In this document: one piece after another, positions 34,720 to 46,216 of the stretch
How positions within the stretch are numbered: position 1 is the stretch's first letter
How the letters are laid out: each line of letters opens with the position of its first letter
Assembly (NCBI RefSeq): GCF_041146345.1
Contig: NW_027191404.1
Span: 1,612,001-1,676,000 of the forward strand
Length of the DNA: 64,000 bases
Direction: 5' to 3'
Source: Neodothiora populina
Lineage: Eukaryota
The notes under the pieces: model-generated
What the model saw: the letters and a program-made list of their open reading frames with translations, nothing else
Databases searched by the model: none
What the model was told of the DNA's origin: nothing
Program-made: the position numbers and the translations under genes

Positions 34720-36686
34720 ATGGCTTCATCAAATCCTCCTGATCGCATTGTGGTTGGCGTGGATTTCGGAACGACCTATTCAGGGTAAGTCATCGTATCA
34801 TGCCTTCAATCTGAAGACATTAATTCAAAGAGTCAGTGTGGCTTTCGCGTATTCCGGAAAGCCGGATGCACCTGATGACATCTCAGCAGTGAGGAAGTAA
34901 GTCATTCCTCAATTCATCCACGGAGCTAGACTGATCTCCTGTGTAGTTGGCCCGGATCGAATGGCTCTACATGTGACAAGGTTCCTTCCGCGATACACTA
35001 CAATGAAGGAAATACAATTAACGCCTCATCCAGTGCCGGCAGGAAGCGTAATTCGTCCGGCCATGTCATCCACACCGCTCGGTCTGAAAGACCAGAGATA
35101 TCTTGGGGTTACATGGTTGAGCCTGAGCAAGGTGGATTTCTTTGCTTGAAGCTTTTGCTCGATCCGGCACAGGAATTGCCCAGCTATGTATCACCAACGG
35201 ACATTCAATCTCAGTTCAGGAAGCTGAACAAAACAGCACTGACTGTTCCTTCTGACTATCTGTCTAAACTTCACCATACAGCCAAGCAGGCTTTAGCCAG
35301 GCACTACGGACAGATCATGAGAGATAGCACTGAAGTTGAGTTCGTCATGACTGTTCCCGCCGTATGGTCTGATACGGCCGAAGATGCTACGCTCAGTGCT
35401 GCGAAGGCTGCTGGGTTCGGCCCGAATATCTCTATGGTTTCTGAACCAGAGGCTGCTGCGATATATGCCTTAAAGTCCATTGAACATCATGCTCTCAGTT
35501 TAGGGGACAGCTTCATCGTTTGCGATGCAGGTGGAGGTACAATCGACCTCATCTCTTATGAGATCAAGTCATTAGCACCACTCCAGCTCGTTGAAGCGGT
35601 ACCAGGAATAGGCGCGGTAGCCGGGAGCATATTCTTGAACATGCGATTCGAACAGCTGGTGAGAAATCGTATGGGAGACGAGCTGTTCGATAAAGTTGTC
35701 AAGAAAAGTCCAAGATCATGGGCAAGCGCTCTCGGCCATTTCGACAATCACGTCAAACGTTCGTTTAACCCCTCTGATGATCCTGAGGTAGTTGACAACA
35801 CCAAATTCTATCTCCCATTGCCAGATGTGCGGAACATTCAACAGCCGGCATCAAATCTGGGTTCCTGGACTTGTCAATCGCAGAGATCGCAGAGAATTTC
35901 CGTCCCATCGTCGAAATTATTGTTGAGTGTATAGAACGTCAGAGGAACGCACTCATAATAAGTGGAGAGAGGACTAAAGGTCTCATCCTAGTTGGAGGTC
36001 TGGGTCAGTCAGACCATGTTTTCAAGAAACTCAAATCTCGATTCGCCAATGATGACCCACCACCACCTTACAGCGAAGAAGAGCCTGACCTTCATGCTCC
36101 GGATGCGGATCCTTCAAGGTTCATCATCATGCAACCCCTCAACGCATGGACCGCTGTTGCCAGAGGCGCTGTCATCAGTGGTATCAATGGTGTCCAGCTC
36201 GTTGAAAGTCGCATGGCTCGTCGACACTACGGAGTATTGTGCAGTAAGATTTACGATCCTTCCTGTCATTCTGAACACAACAAGTATTGGTGTGATATGC
36301 AAGAGCATTATCGAGCCAATGATCTCGAATGGCACGTTAAGAGGGGAAAGACCGTTGTATCCGGAGACCCGATCCTACTTGACATGGCACATGCACAGCG
36401 TGATCCGTCCTTGAAAACGAACACGAAGTGGAGTATCATAGTGAGCGATGAGGAGGTAGCTCCTGATGAGTCCACCAAGACTAGCCTCACTCGCGTACTT
36501 TGCAAACTCTCTTACAATATCTCTTCGATACCACAGAGTAGCTGGGTCACAAAAGTAGCTGCCAGTGGCAGAAAATTTTATCACCGCCCTATGAAGGTTG
36601 GCATGACATTCCAGAGCGGAGGAATCCACTTCGACTGCAGAATTGACGGCAAGGTCATGGGCACCGTCCGCGCAAACTACGAGTGA
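34720..36686 (+). pseudogene. Atypical HSPA12-like Hsp70 (actin-fold ATPase) with an apparent 1-nt frameshift near 35839 (pseudogene or sequencing error); introns 34785..34836, 34897..34946
   Basis: IVVGVDFGTTYSG (phosphate 1), WPG...DKVPS, LKLLLDP, VMTVPAVWSD, SEPEAAA, IVCDAGGGTIDL (phosphate 2), ILVGGLGQS (adenosine), AWTAVARGAV. The frame changes between ...LPDVRNI and TAGIKSGFLDLSIAEI with no room for an intron. Confidence 0.8.
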
Positions 36687-37512
36687 TAAATCGGCAGAGC
36701 AGCAGGATCGAGGCCTTCTAGCGAGATGCATCCCTCAGCGGTACTCAATCGACAGCTATCAACTTTGGCAACGTCGACAGAGGCCATCTTCTTGCACACA
36801 TCGGGCGTTGATCCCCCTCTTTCTATCATTTTTCCTGCTTTTCCAAGGATCCGAGCAGTGAGGACATTATCAAGTTTGCACACTACAATAGCAGGCTTCC
36901 TAGATCATCACCGACTAGGATCACTACAGCCAGCTTTGTTTTTGACTTCCATAGGATACATAAGTAGTCTCCAATAAAAGCGATATAAACCCAACATGTT
37001 CCAATAAGTGTAGACAAGCCTCTAATGAAGACCGTATATATACGGTATTCACACGACGAGTGGTGGGTTTTCGTGTGAGTGCGGTACTTGTATAGTCCGT
37101 CCCCTTTTCTGGTCTTCTCTGCCTTTAGCACGAAGCAGCCGCTTTCACACTACTAGTCATCGTGGTCTACACTAGCCAGGCAAAGTGCGGAAAGTAATGA
37201 TAGTGAAGTGTATGTAAGCTATTGATTCACCACCCACACGAATTGAGCAGTGCTCAATGGCATTCTTGTCGCGCATGGTATTGTGGTATACACAGAGTCG
37301 GTATCTGAGTACCATAGGTGGATCACCCGGCCTTACAATACTCTGGCCACAACTGCAAGATTCCCACCCTGCATTCAGGAATGCCTTGAGCCAATATTTA
37401 CAATATCCCTTAGTCTGCAAAACTCCTCGCTCTCCGACATTTCCAACCTTCACATAATGGTAAGAAAAAAACACATCGCGAAACGAAAACCATGTAGCTC
37501 CAGAAGAGAAAA

Positions 37513-39208
37513 TCAAGACTTGGTCCTCTCGACCCCCCTCTCAACAGACTTGCCATCCTCCTCATCCCCAAATCCCACACTATCGACTCCATTCACCAGC
37601 CTGATCTTCTCCGCGCGCACAGTGAACCACGTCAAGCCTCCGCTCCAGAAGATAAGCGCGATACTGCACCCGATCATGGCCCACATGCCCTTTGTGAAGT
37701 CCGGGGCGTCGTCGGCGGAGTAGAAGATGATGCTCCACCAGGCGTTTACGGCGCCGCTGAAGGCGTTCATGGACGCGATCACAACCGCGCGGAAGGTGTC
37801 CTGTTCGTATCGGAGGGCATCGTTGGCCCAGGCGAAGAAGGTCGCTTGGCCTTGGGTTGTGTTATTTGGATGTGATTGAGCATGGGGAGAGGAGGGAATG
37901 CGAGGGGGTGGTCAAGGCAGGGGGAGAGGAAATACTTACAGGCGTATACTGATCCGGCCCAGTAGTATGCAGCGAAGGTAGAAGCTTTTGTCGCGCTAGG
38001 AGCCAGGATCATAGCCGACGTTATGATACCCGTGATGCCAATCCAGTAGCCGACTAGATAACGTTTGCCGCCGAGGAAGTCGGTCAATGTTGCCCAGAAT
38101 AGTGTGGATATGATACCGACTGCGGGAACACCGGTCGGATAGTTGTTGAGGTCGGATATGGTGTAGTTTTGGTCTTTTTGATGCGCTTTCATGTACAAGG
38201 ATAGCAGCGAGTTCGAGGAAAAAGACTCGGTTTCTCCAGCAATTACCCAGAGCATCACGAAGCCGTACCAGTACCATGATCCGAGGACGTGCTTGAGGAA
38301 GCCGAGGGTGAATGGCGAACGCTCGACTACGGGCGGTACACGCGAGATTGCGAGATCGCGCTCTGCTTGAGATAGATAGGGCACCTTTGTTGTGGATGGA
38401 GTGTCGGGGAATAGCGTCCATCCGTAGATGGCAACTGGAACGCAGAGGAGACCATCGATAATGAAGAGCCATCTCCATCCCGAAAGACCTTGTAGACCAT
38501 CCATTGAGGAGTGAATTCCTGTCTGGATGAACCCACCAATCATCGTACCAGCAAGACCGGATGCTGTGAAGATACCACTACGTTTTCCCAGCTCCCGTTC
38601 GGTGTACCTGATTCGGACTTAGATAAAAGTCGAGGTGATATGGGAAATCAAAGGTAGCTCACCAAGATCCCAGAATGTAATGGGTTCCAACAAAAGTACT
38701 CGACTCCGCGAGACCGAGCAGGAAACGAATCGCCATTATGGCCTGCGGGCTGTGTGCTGCCGCAGTACACATCGTGAGGCAACCCCACGTGAAGAGCATA
38801 CTAGGAAAGAAGATCCTGGGGCTGAGATAGGTCGTGGCTATTATATTCGACGGTATCATTCCAATGATGTACCTGTAACATGGTCAGTCGAGATCTATAT
38901 AATGATGCGTCATACTATCTTACCCGCAAGTGAAAATGGTATTGATTTGAGTGAGCTGATTGCCCTTGAAATTCAGGTCTTCTTTCATGCCGGAGACATA
39001 TGCATTCGTTAGATTGCTTCGATCAAGCTAGAAAGTCATTAGTATCCGGTATCTAAGCTCTTGTGGTGGAGGTCCGCACATAATTCAAGAAATACATCAA
39101 ACAGCAGAAGGTCAAGATGAAGAAATCGAGTTTCTGCACAAGCGCTCTTTCACCAGGAGCACCCTCTCCCGGACGCAGATAGTCCCTCAATCTCGTCCTG
39201 AAAGTCAT
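37513..39208 (-). CDS. MFS transporter, allantoate/pantothenate (Dal5/Fen2/Liz1-like, ACS) family; exons 39080..39208, 38924..39027, 38663..38872, 37940..38607, 37513..37850
   Basis: LVQKLDFFIL...YLDRSNLTNAYVSGMKEDL, RFLLGLAES, GSWYTERELGKR, GLSGWRWLFIIDG, FFAWAN. Four canonical introns restore frame. Confidence 0.9.
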
Positions 39209-39755
39209 GGTTGATCTCCTTGCAGTAGATGAACGTTATGCTGAAAAAGCAGGGTATGCTGAATGTAAGTGCACAACCGGCGTTCACATGCTTCTTGTAG
39301 ACATTCAATGACCACAGTCAACCACTATCTCATACGAAGACTCGTGAGATAGGTGCGGCCAAAACGAAGAGATGATAGGCAGCCTCGGATTGTAATGTTC
39401 TATGCAGATATCAGATGTCTGCCAATCAAGCATATCACTACCAAGTTTTGACACCAAGATTAGCATTTAGATACGCCGGACCGGCATCATGGTAGCAGCG
39501 CGCAAGTCAGGTAGAGAACTAATCGATCTGCCGCATAAATTCGCCCGACGCTTGAGCGATAAGCGCGCCGTGGGGCACTGATAGGGTGAGGACAGAATAT
39601 GGGGTATTTACGCCGACCATATAAGGTGGAACGGCATACCTAGTGCAAAGGTTAATCTGAATAGACAGACCATTATACATTGAACCACTGTCCGCCATAG
39701 TCTACAATCTGTCCTGCTCCTCTTTTAATATACATAGACAGTCGCCAGCACCATC
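39209..39755. promoter_or_regulatory. Bidirectional promoter with AreA-type GATA sites, a CCAAT box and a CreA-type site
   Basis: HGATAR matches at 39325 (reverse), 39347, 39373, 39557 and 39579; CCAAT at 39422; SYGGRG (GTGGGG) at 39570; TATAA near 39620. Confidence 0.5.
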
Positions 39756-41719
39756 ATGGCTATCGGGAATCCCCCACAATGGGAGTCTATTGCACAAGCC
39801 AAGAGAGCAGCTTTACTCCAGTCCATACCTCCGGATTGGATCATATCTGATGATCTGCTTCCTCCCGACGATCAACTTGATGTTACTTCGTTTCCGAAGA
39901 CTAGTGGATTCTTCACCGAGCGCGAGCTTGAAATCACGTCCACTCGCATCCCGCAGTTACTCGAGAAGATACACACGCAGCTCTTGACATCGGAGGAGGT
40001 TACAAAGGCATTCTGCAAGCGAGCTGCAGTGGCGCACCAACTGGTGAGTCGATACTGACTGCATAGCTAGCATTTTCCGAGGTTAATAGTGGCAATAGAC
40101 GAACTGCCTGTCGGAAACACTGTTTCCCGAGGCGTTGGCTTCTGCGAAAGCTCTTGATGAGCATCTACAAAAGACTGGAGAGACAGTAGGACCTCTTCAC
40201 GGGCTGCCAATCTCGCTCAAAGACCACTTCAATATCGCTGGGAAGGACTCGACTGTCGGGTTTGTATCATGGGTTGGCAAGCCAGCAACTTACGACTCAG
40301 CTCTTGTCGAGATCCTGAAGAAGGCCGGTGCTGTACTTTACGTCAAGACAAATGTCCCAACGGCAATGATGATTGCTGAATCCGTCAACAACACTTTCGG
40401 TCGTACAGTCAACCCGCTGAACCGTAAACTGACTTCGGGCGGAAGTTCTGGTGGAGAAAGCGCTTTGATAGCTTTTGGGGGTAGTCTGATTGGAGTAGGA
40501 TCTGACATAGGTATGAACATTTTACCATGTTTCTAGGCCAATGCTGATGTGATGGGGAAAGGTGGATCTCTACGCATCCCTGCAGCATGTACCGGCATCT
40601 TTACCTTGAAGCCGTCTTCGGGACGATTTCCTACTGGAGGATGTGTATCAGGTCTTGCAGGCCAGGAAGCTGTGTCAAGTATCAACGGGCCAATGGCAAA
40701 ATACCTTGATGACATCGAGTTCTACGCCAAGACGGTGGTAGGCGCAGAACCATGGAAGTCAGACCCGAAGTGTCTACCGATACCTTGGAGATCAGTATCA
40801 GTGAAGCCCAAGCTCAAGTTGGGAGTGATGTGGAACGATGGCAATGTTAGGTATCGAATCCAATGCCTCGATTGACAACATCGCGAGATTGACAGAATAT
40901 AGGCCAACGCCTCCGGTGCAGAGAGCGCTTCGAGAGACAGTCGAAAAGCTGAAGGCTGCAGGTCACGAGGTCATTGATTGGGAACCTACACTTCATCTAG
41001 AGGCACAAGAACTGCTTGTAAGTGTACAAAGCCCGGATGCGGGAGCCTGCTAATATGCCACAGAGCGGCTTTTTCCTCGCAGATGGTGGAAAAACAGTTC
41101 GTGAGATTCTCGACGAAGTTCAGGAACCATTCCGGCCAGAGATGAAGGGCTATGCCGACGCATCAGAGATTGGGGCGAATGAGCTGTGGAAGCGTCACCT
41201 CCAGCGCACTCAACTTTGCAAGGACTACCTAGATCGCTGGACCAAGGCAGGCGTTGATGCCATAATCTGTAAATGAGGTACACCTGTAGCCACGAGATAT
41301 ATCTGACTCATATGGCCAGGTCCGACAACTCCTTACACCAGCGTGGAGCACGGTAAATTCAAATACGTGGGATACACCGTAAGTGAAATTCAGTGAGCCA
41401 AAGCGGTATCGAAACTGACAGGTGCTCAAGGGAGTTTTCAACATTGTCGACTACTCGGCCGTGTCCTGGCCAAGTGGGATGTATGCCGACAAGTCACTTG
41501 ACCAGCCAAAGATTGACGCCGAACCCTTTTCGGCATTGGATGCAGAAATTCAGCAAGATTGTGAGTACGAGCAGACGCTGGTAGTAATCTAGACTAACAG
41601 TCGATGCAGATGACGCCGAGGTGGTCCATGGAATGCCGATAAGTCTTCAACTAGTGGCACAAAGATTGGAGGACGAGAAAGCGATTGCAATGACCAGACT
41701 TGTACTGGAAGCACTCTGA
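39756..41719 (+). CDS. Amidase-signature family enzyme (acetamidase/AmdS-like), 8 exons
   Basis: GPLHGLPISLKD (catalytic Lys), GGSSGGE, GSDIGGSLRIPA (catalytic Ser), C-terminal HGMPISLQLVA. Introns 40044..40098, 40511..40561, 40851..40902, 41018..41063, 41269..41319, 41379..41430, 41561..41609. Confidence 0.92.
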
Positions 41720-42312
41720 AAGTAGTGTATGAGATCTGATGCTGCTGTGGTGTTGCCAGCCCATGACGTTTTTATGTATATAGTGCCCTGATAGGTGACA
41801 TGCATGTGCGTCTGAGACCAAGAAATCCAAAGCTAGAGTTATCGCATAAATCCTGATCAGACCTTTTCTTTATCTGGCTACAATGTTAAGCCTTAACAGT
41901 AGCAGCAGATGACATAGCGATGATTATACAAGAGGGAGACCAAGGTACCTAGGCAAGGTAACTGAGGTAAATACTTGGTAGTTGGAACTTCCAGTGGCTC
42001 ATGTGGCTTGTGACAGGGTCCGTGCACAAGACTTTACCGTTTCAGGTGGCGGTCAGCGACACATGATGAATATTACCTTAGTGTGGACAAGCACATCTCA
42101 CACGAGTAATACTGCCATTTACATACGTTTTGTCTGTTTGTTCATATGATTTCTTTGGGGTCAGCTGCAATAGGCATCAACTCACGCCGGGTAATGACTG
42201 TTCGTTATTTGGCATCTGGAATCTAAGGTCATATCAGTGGCAAACATTGGTATTTGTGAACAACGACATCTCACACCAGAGAATTAGGCAGCAGCGACCG
42301 CAGCAAAGAATC

Positions 42313-44894
42313 ATGTTTGCCTTACGATCTCGTGAGTCGTTCCTTCCTCGTCTCCCCGCCAACAACCTCCATCATTGCCCCTCATTGGCACCCCCCGCCT
42401 ACCATCATTTTCCTTTTCACATTTCAAGAACCCATCGTCGCTGACAAGTACTCTTATCCATCTTACAGTGACCAAGTATCTCTTCGGAGACGCAAATAAA
42501 GAATCCATCATCGAACTGCCGCAAGGCCAACTCTACATTGTCCGACCCCGCTCGCCCAAGGGCTACTCTGAGCTTATCTTCAAGGACGCCGCTGCCTCGA
42601 TCAAAAGGACTGGTCAGGAGTTCCAGTATCAGCTAGTGATCCAACGTGCCTACGAAGAAGGCGAGGCCGAACTTCTAGAAGAGGACGGAGGGGACGAGCG
42701 AGCCACAGACGGTCCGCTTTCAGACAAGGACGAAAAGACCTTCCTGCTCGACGAGAGCCTGCGATTCAGGGCAGACATAAGAGAGAGCGGCGAAATCACG
42801 CTTGCCTGGCTCGACCTCAGCGGAGATCCTGGCGACCTGTTCGAATTCGTCTGCGACCCCTCGACACAACCCGAGACCGCGACCTCTTTCGCCCTTGTAG
42901 CTGCACAGTGCCAGTACGAGCGTAAGCACCGCCAGAGCAGAGAGAACGCCACCGAGGCCGATCTAGACGAATTCACCTTTGAAGAGGAAGAGCCTTTGCC
43001 CATAGCGAGTCCCTTGGCAAGTCCCATCCTATCGCCCGCCATCTCGCCATCTCCCACTCCCATTCGTACATTCAGTAGCGCAGCCACCACACCCATCAAG
43101 CACGATCCAGACATGGTCAGAGAAACTCCCAAGAAGATCAGGGCTCCCCTGCGTCCCCACGAAGAGAAGCCCACCCAAGCTCCAGCTGCCGCCAAACAAC
43201 CCGAGACTCGTGAAGTCCTGTGCAATCAAGATGTAGAGCTGCATCTCTTCGACTTTCAGTCAGGAACTTTCGTTCTCCAGGACTCCAGTGTCAACGCTAC
43301 AGTCTCCGAGGTCGGCAACTGGAAGTACTGGCTCCAAATCACTGGCAAGGAGAAGGCCTGGCTAGGTTCTGAAGTCAAGCCCGAACTCAATCCCGTCTTC
43401 AACTTCGAGTATCTCTCCTTCATTTTCAACTGCTACACGGAAGATGGCTCCGCCTTCTCCTGGCTTCTCAAGTTCAAGGCTCGTGAGGACGAGGAAGCCT
43501 TCCAGGAAGGCCTCATGCAGGCTCTGTGGGAGCACTTGAACGAGATGAAGTGGGCAAAGGCAAAGGACACCGACAGGGACTACGTACTTGACGCTTTCAA
43601 TGATTTGGTCCTTGAAGATGCCGACGACGCACGGGAAGCGGCAGCTGCCGAAGAAGATGAGCTGGCTGCTGAGGAAGAGGAGGAAGAGTATGAATCCGAT
43701 GACGGCCAGCGCAGCGAACACTACGACAGTGACGAGTCTGAAGATGATCTCGAAACAAAGGACAGCGATGGCAACGTCAACTCGCAGCTTGCCGTTGGCT
43801 ACAAGCATGATCGATCTTTTGTGGTCAGAGGCTCTAAGATTGGCGTCTTCAAGCACACTCCGGACAACCACCTACAGTTCTCTACCAACATCTCCAGGGT
43901 TGAGACCCCCAAGGGAAAGCTCTTCAGCCCGAAGAAGATCATGCTGCACGCCGAAGACAGGAACATGATTCTGCAGAACCCCGATGACCCCAATTCCTTG
44001 TACAAGATGGACCTGGAGTACGGCAAGATTGTTGATGAATGGAAGGTCCATGATGACATCCCCGTCAGCACCTTCGCTCCTGAATCGAAATTCAGCCAGA
44101 TGACTGGAGAACAAACCTTCCTGGGATTGTCTAACAACGCCTTGTACCGCATCGATCCTCGTCTTTCTGGCAACAAGCTGGTGGACTCGGAACTCAAGCA
44201 GTATGCCACCAAGAACGGCTTTAGCGCTGCTGCTACCACCGAGAAAGGATACATCGCCGTTGCCTCGAGCAAAGGTGATATCCGTATGTTCGACCGTCTT
44301 GGTATCAACGCCAAAACCCACATCCCTGCTCTTGGTGACCCTATCATCGGTCTTGATACCTCTGCCGACGGTCGCTGGGTCCTCGCTACTACTAAGACCT
44401 ACCTGCTGTTGATCGACGCTTTACAGAAAGACGGCAAGAATGAGGGCAAACTCGGTTTCGAAAAGTCGTTTGCCAAGGACTCCAAACCCCAACCACGTCG
44501 TCTGGCACTTACCCCAAGTCACGTTGCACAGTTCCAACATGAGACAAAGGCACCAACGTCTTTCACACCCGCTCGCTTCAACACTGGACCCGACAGCGAG
44601 GAGACCACCATCATTACCGCTACGGGACCGTTCATCATTACCTGGTCACTCAAGAAGGTATTGGCTGGTCGCAAGGACCCATACAGCATCAAGCGATATG
44701 CTGAGGATGTCAAGGCGGACAACTTCCGCTTTGGTAGCGATAAGAATATCGTGGTCGCACTCCCGAACGAGGTCAATATGGTCGCTAAGAGAGCCTTGCA
44801 AAGGCCTACGCGCGAGAGTATCATGGCCACACCGAGAAAGGGCGGGAGGGGCAGCTATCTCAGCAGAAATGACATTGTCAACAGTCCATACTAG
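42313..44894 (+). CDS. VID27: Vacuolar import and degradation protein 27 (PH-like domains + C-terminal beta-propeller); exons 42313..42331, 42469..44894
   Basis: LPQGQLYIVRP, NSQLAVGYKHDRSFVVRGSKIGVFKH, YKMDLEYGKIVDEW, AKTHIPALGDPIIG, FRFGSDKNIVVAL. Intron 42332..42468. Confidence 0.93.
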
Positions 44895-46216
44895 ACATGG
44901 ATCACTGGACATGTGTGCGTGCTGCCCGTGGTGGCTTTGCCGAGAAGTTCGTTTTGACTTTGCAGGGGTTGGAGGGGTTATCATTACTATTGTTGCGTAC
45001 GATACCACATTACTTAGCAGCCTCAGAGGCTGGGCTCACAGGCGTTCGCTACGAGGTAGATAGCTAGCACTGCTTGCACAAATGGAATTCAATCATGTTT
45101 TTATCGAAGCATACCGAGTCTTGCTATCGAGCCGGTGATGGAACATATCCAAGGCCTCTAAAGTCGGGTATGCTGGCCAATGCTGGTGCGCAGACCTGAG
45201 GCGGCGAAATCCGCGCGCGCCCTGTTTCGGAAATGCGCATACATCTAGCGTCCAAAGTCCCACTTCATCTTTCTCTCTTCTCCATCAGTTACAATGCAGC
45301 AGCCGTTCCACGTCGATGCGGGCGAATGCTTGTCTTGAAGTCGTTTGCCTGCATAGATTGCCGGCTCTTTTGGGCTTGAGCTTCTGTTGGGCATGTTTAC
45401 TTCTGCCATTTCCTATTGTCATGGCATGGGTCATCGTTCAACGGTCATAGGATTCCTCAGCTCGAGTCATCCTAGCCATATACACGCCTCGGGACCGAGC
45501 AAGAGGAGCAGATATAGGTGGATAGCAAAGTGTGACGATGGCAAGTACTGAGACTGATGTCTGTCTATTGGGGACAAAGTATTCTGTGATTAGGATTGCC
45601 ACATAATGAGAAAATCACAGCAAGCATGTTTCGTGAACTTCAGAGAACCATGTCCGACGTGGCACAGCAGCACATGAAACTTTCTTTGTCTTTTTGGTCA
45701 GTACAAATCTCCATAGCTAAACCAAGTCACAGGAATGTTTCTCGCGGGAGCCGGGGGAAACTTTTAGTCATTTGGACTAAGACTTTTGAAACAAACAGTC
45801 AGGCAAGGCGTGCGTTTCCTTCCTGATGGGATTGAGCAAAGCCAAGGTCCCCCCTATCAAGCATCACGTGCGATAGCAGCTTTCATCAACATGCTCGATT
45901 GTCAATATCCCATGGTTGCTACCTTGGCTTTCAATCTTTCTTTCCTTGTGTTTCTCGTTCCAGCAGCAGTGAATTGCCGGTAGGAGTTAGACCGCCGAGG
46001 GCGACAGCAGATCAATATAGGTGTTGATGACATCGTTGCTCTGCGTTTGCGCGGGTCCGCTCAGTGCTCCATCGCTGCCTATAAACCTTCTCGCACTGCG
46101 CCTGACCTGCATCTCCGACGAGTATAGACCTGTCTCCCGAGTTCTATCCATCTTGTCCATCCCCCAGGCTGCTATATTCGCTGTATCCCGAGAATACATC
46201 TGGCAATCATCAAAGC

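Noticed and set aside
35827..35844. Tiny GT...AG intron repairing the Hsp70 frameshift
   Set aside because: Only 18 nt, has no branch point, and as a multiple of three it would not change the frame.
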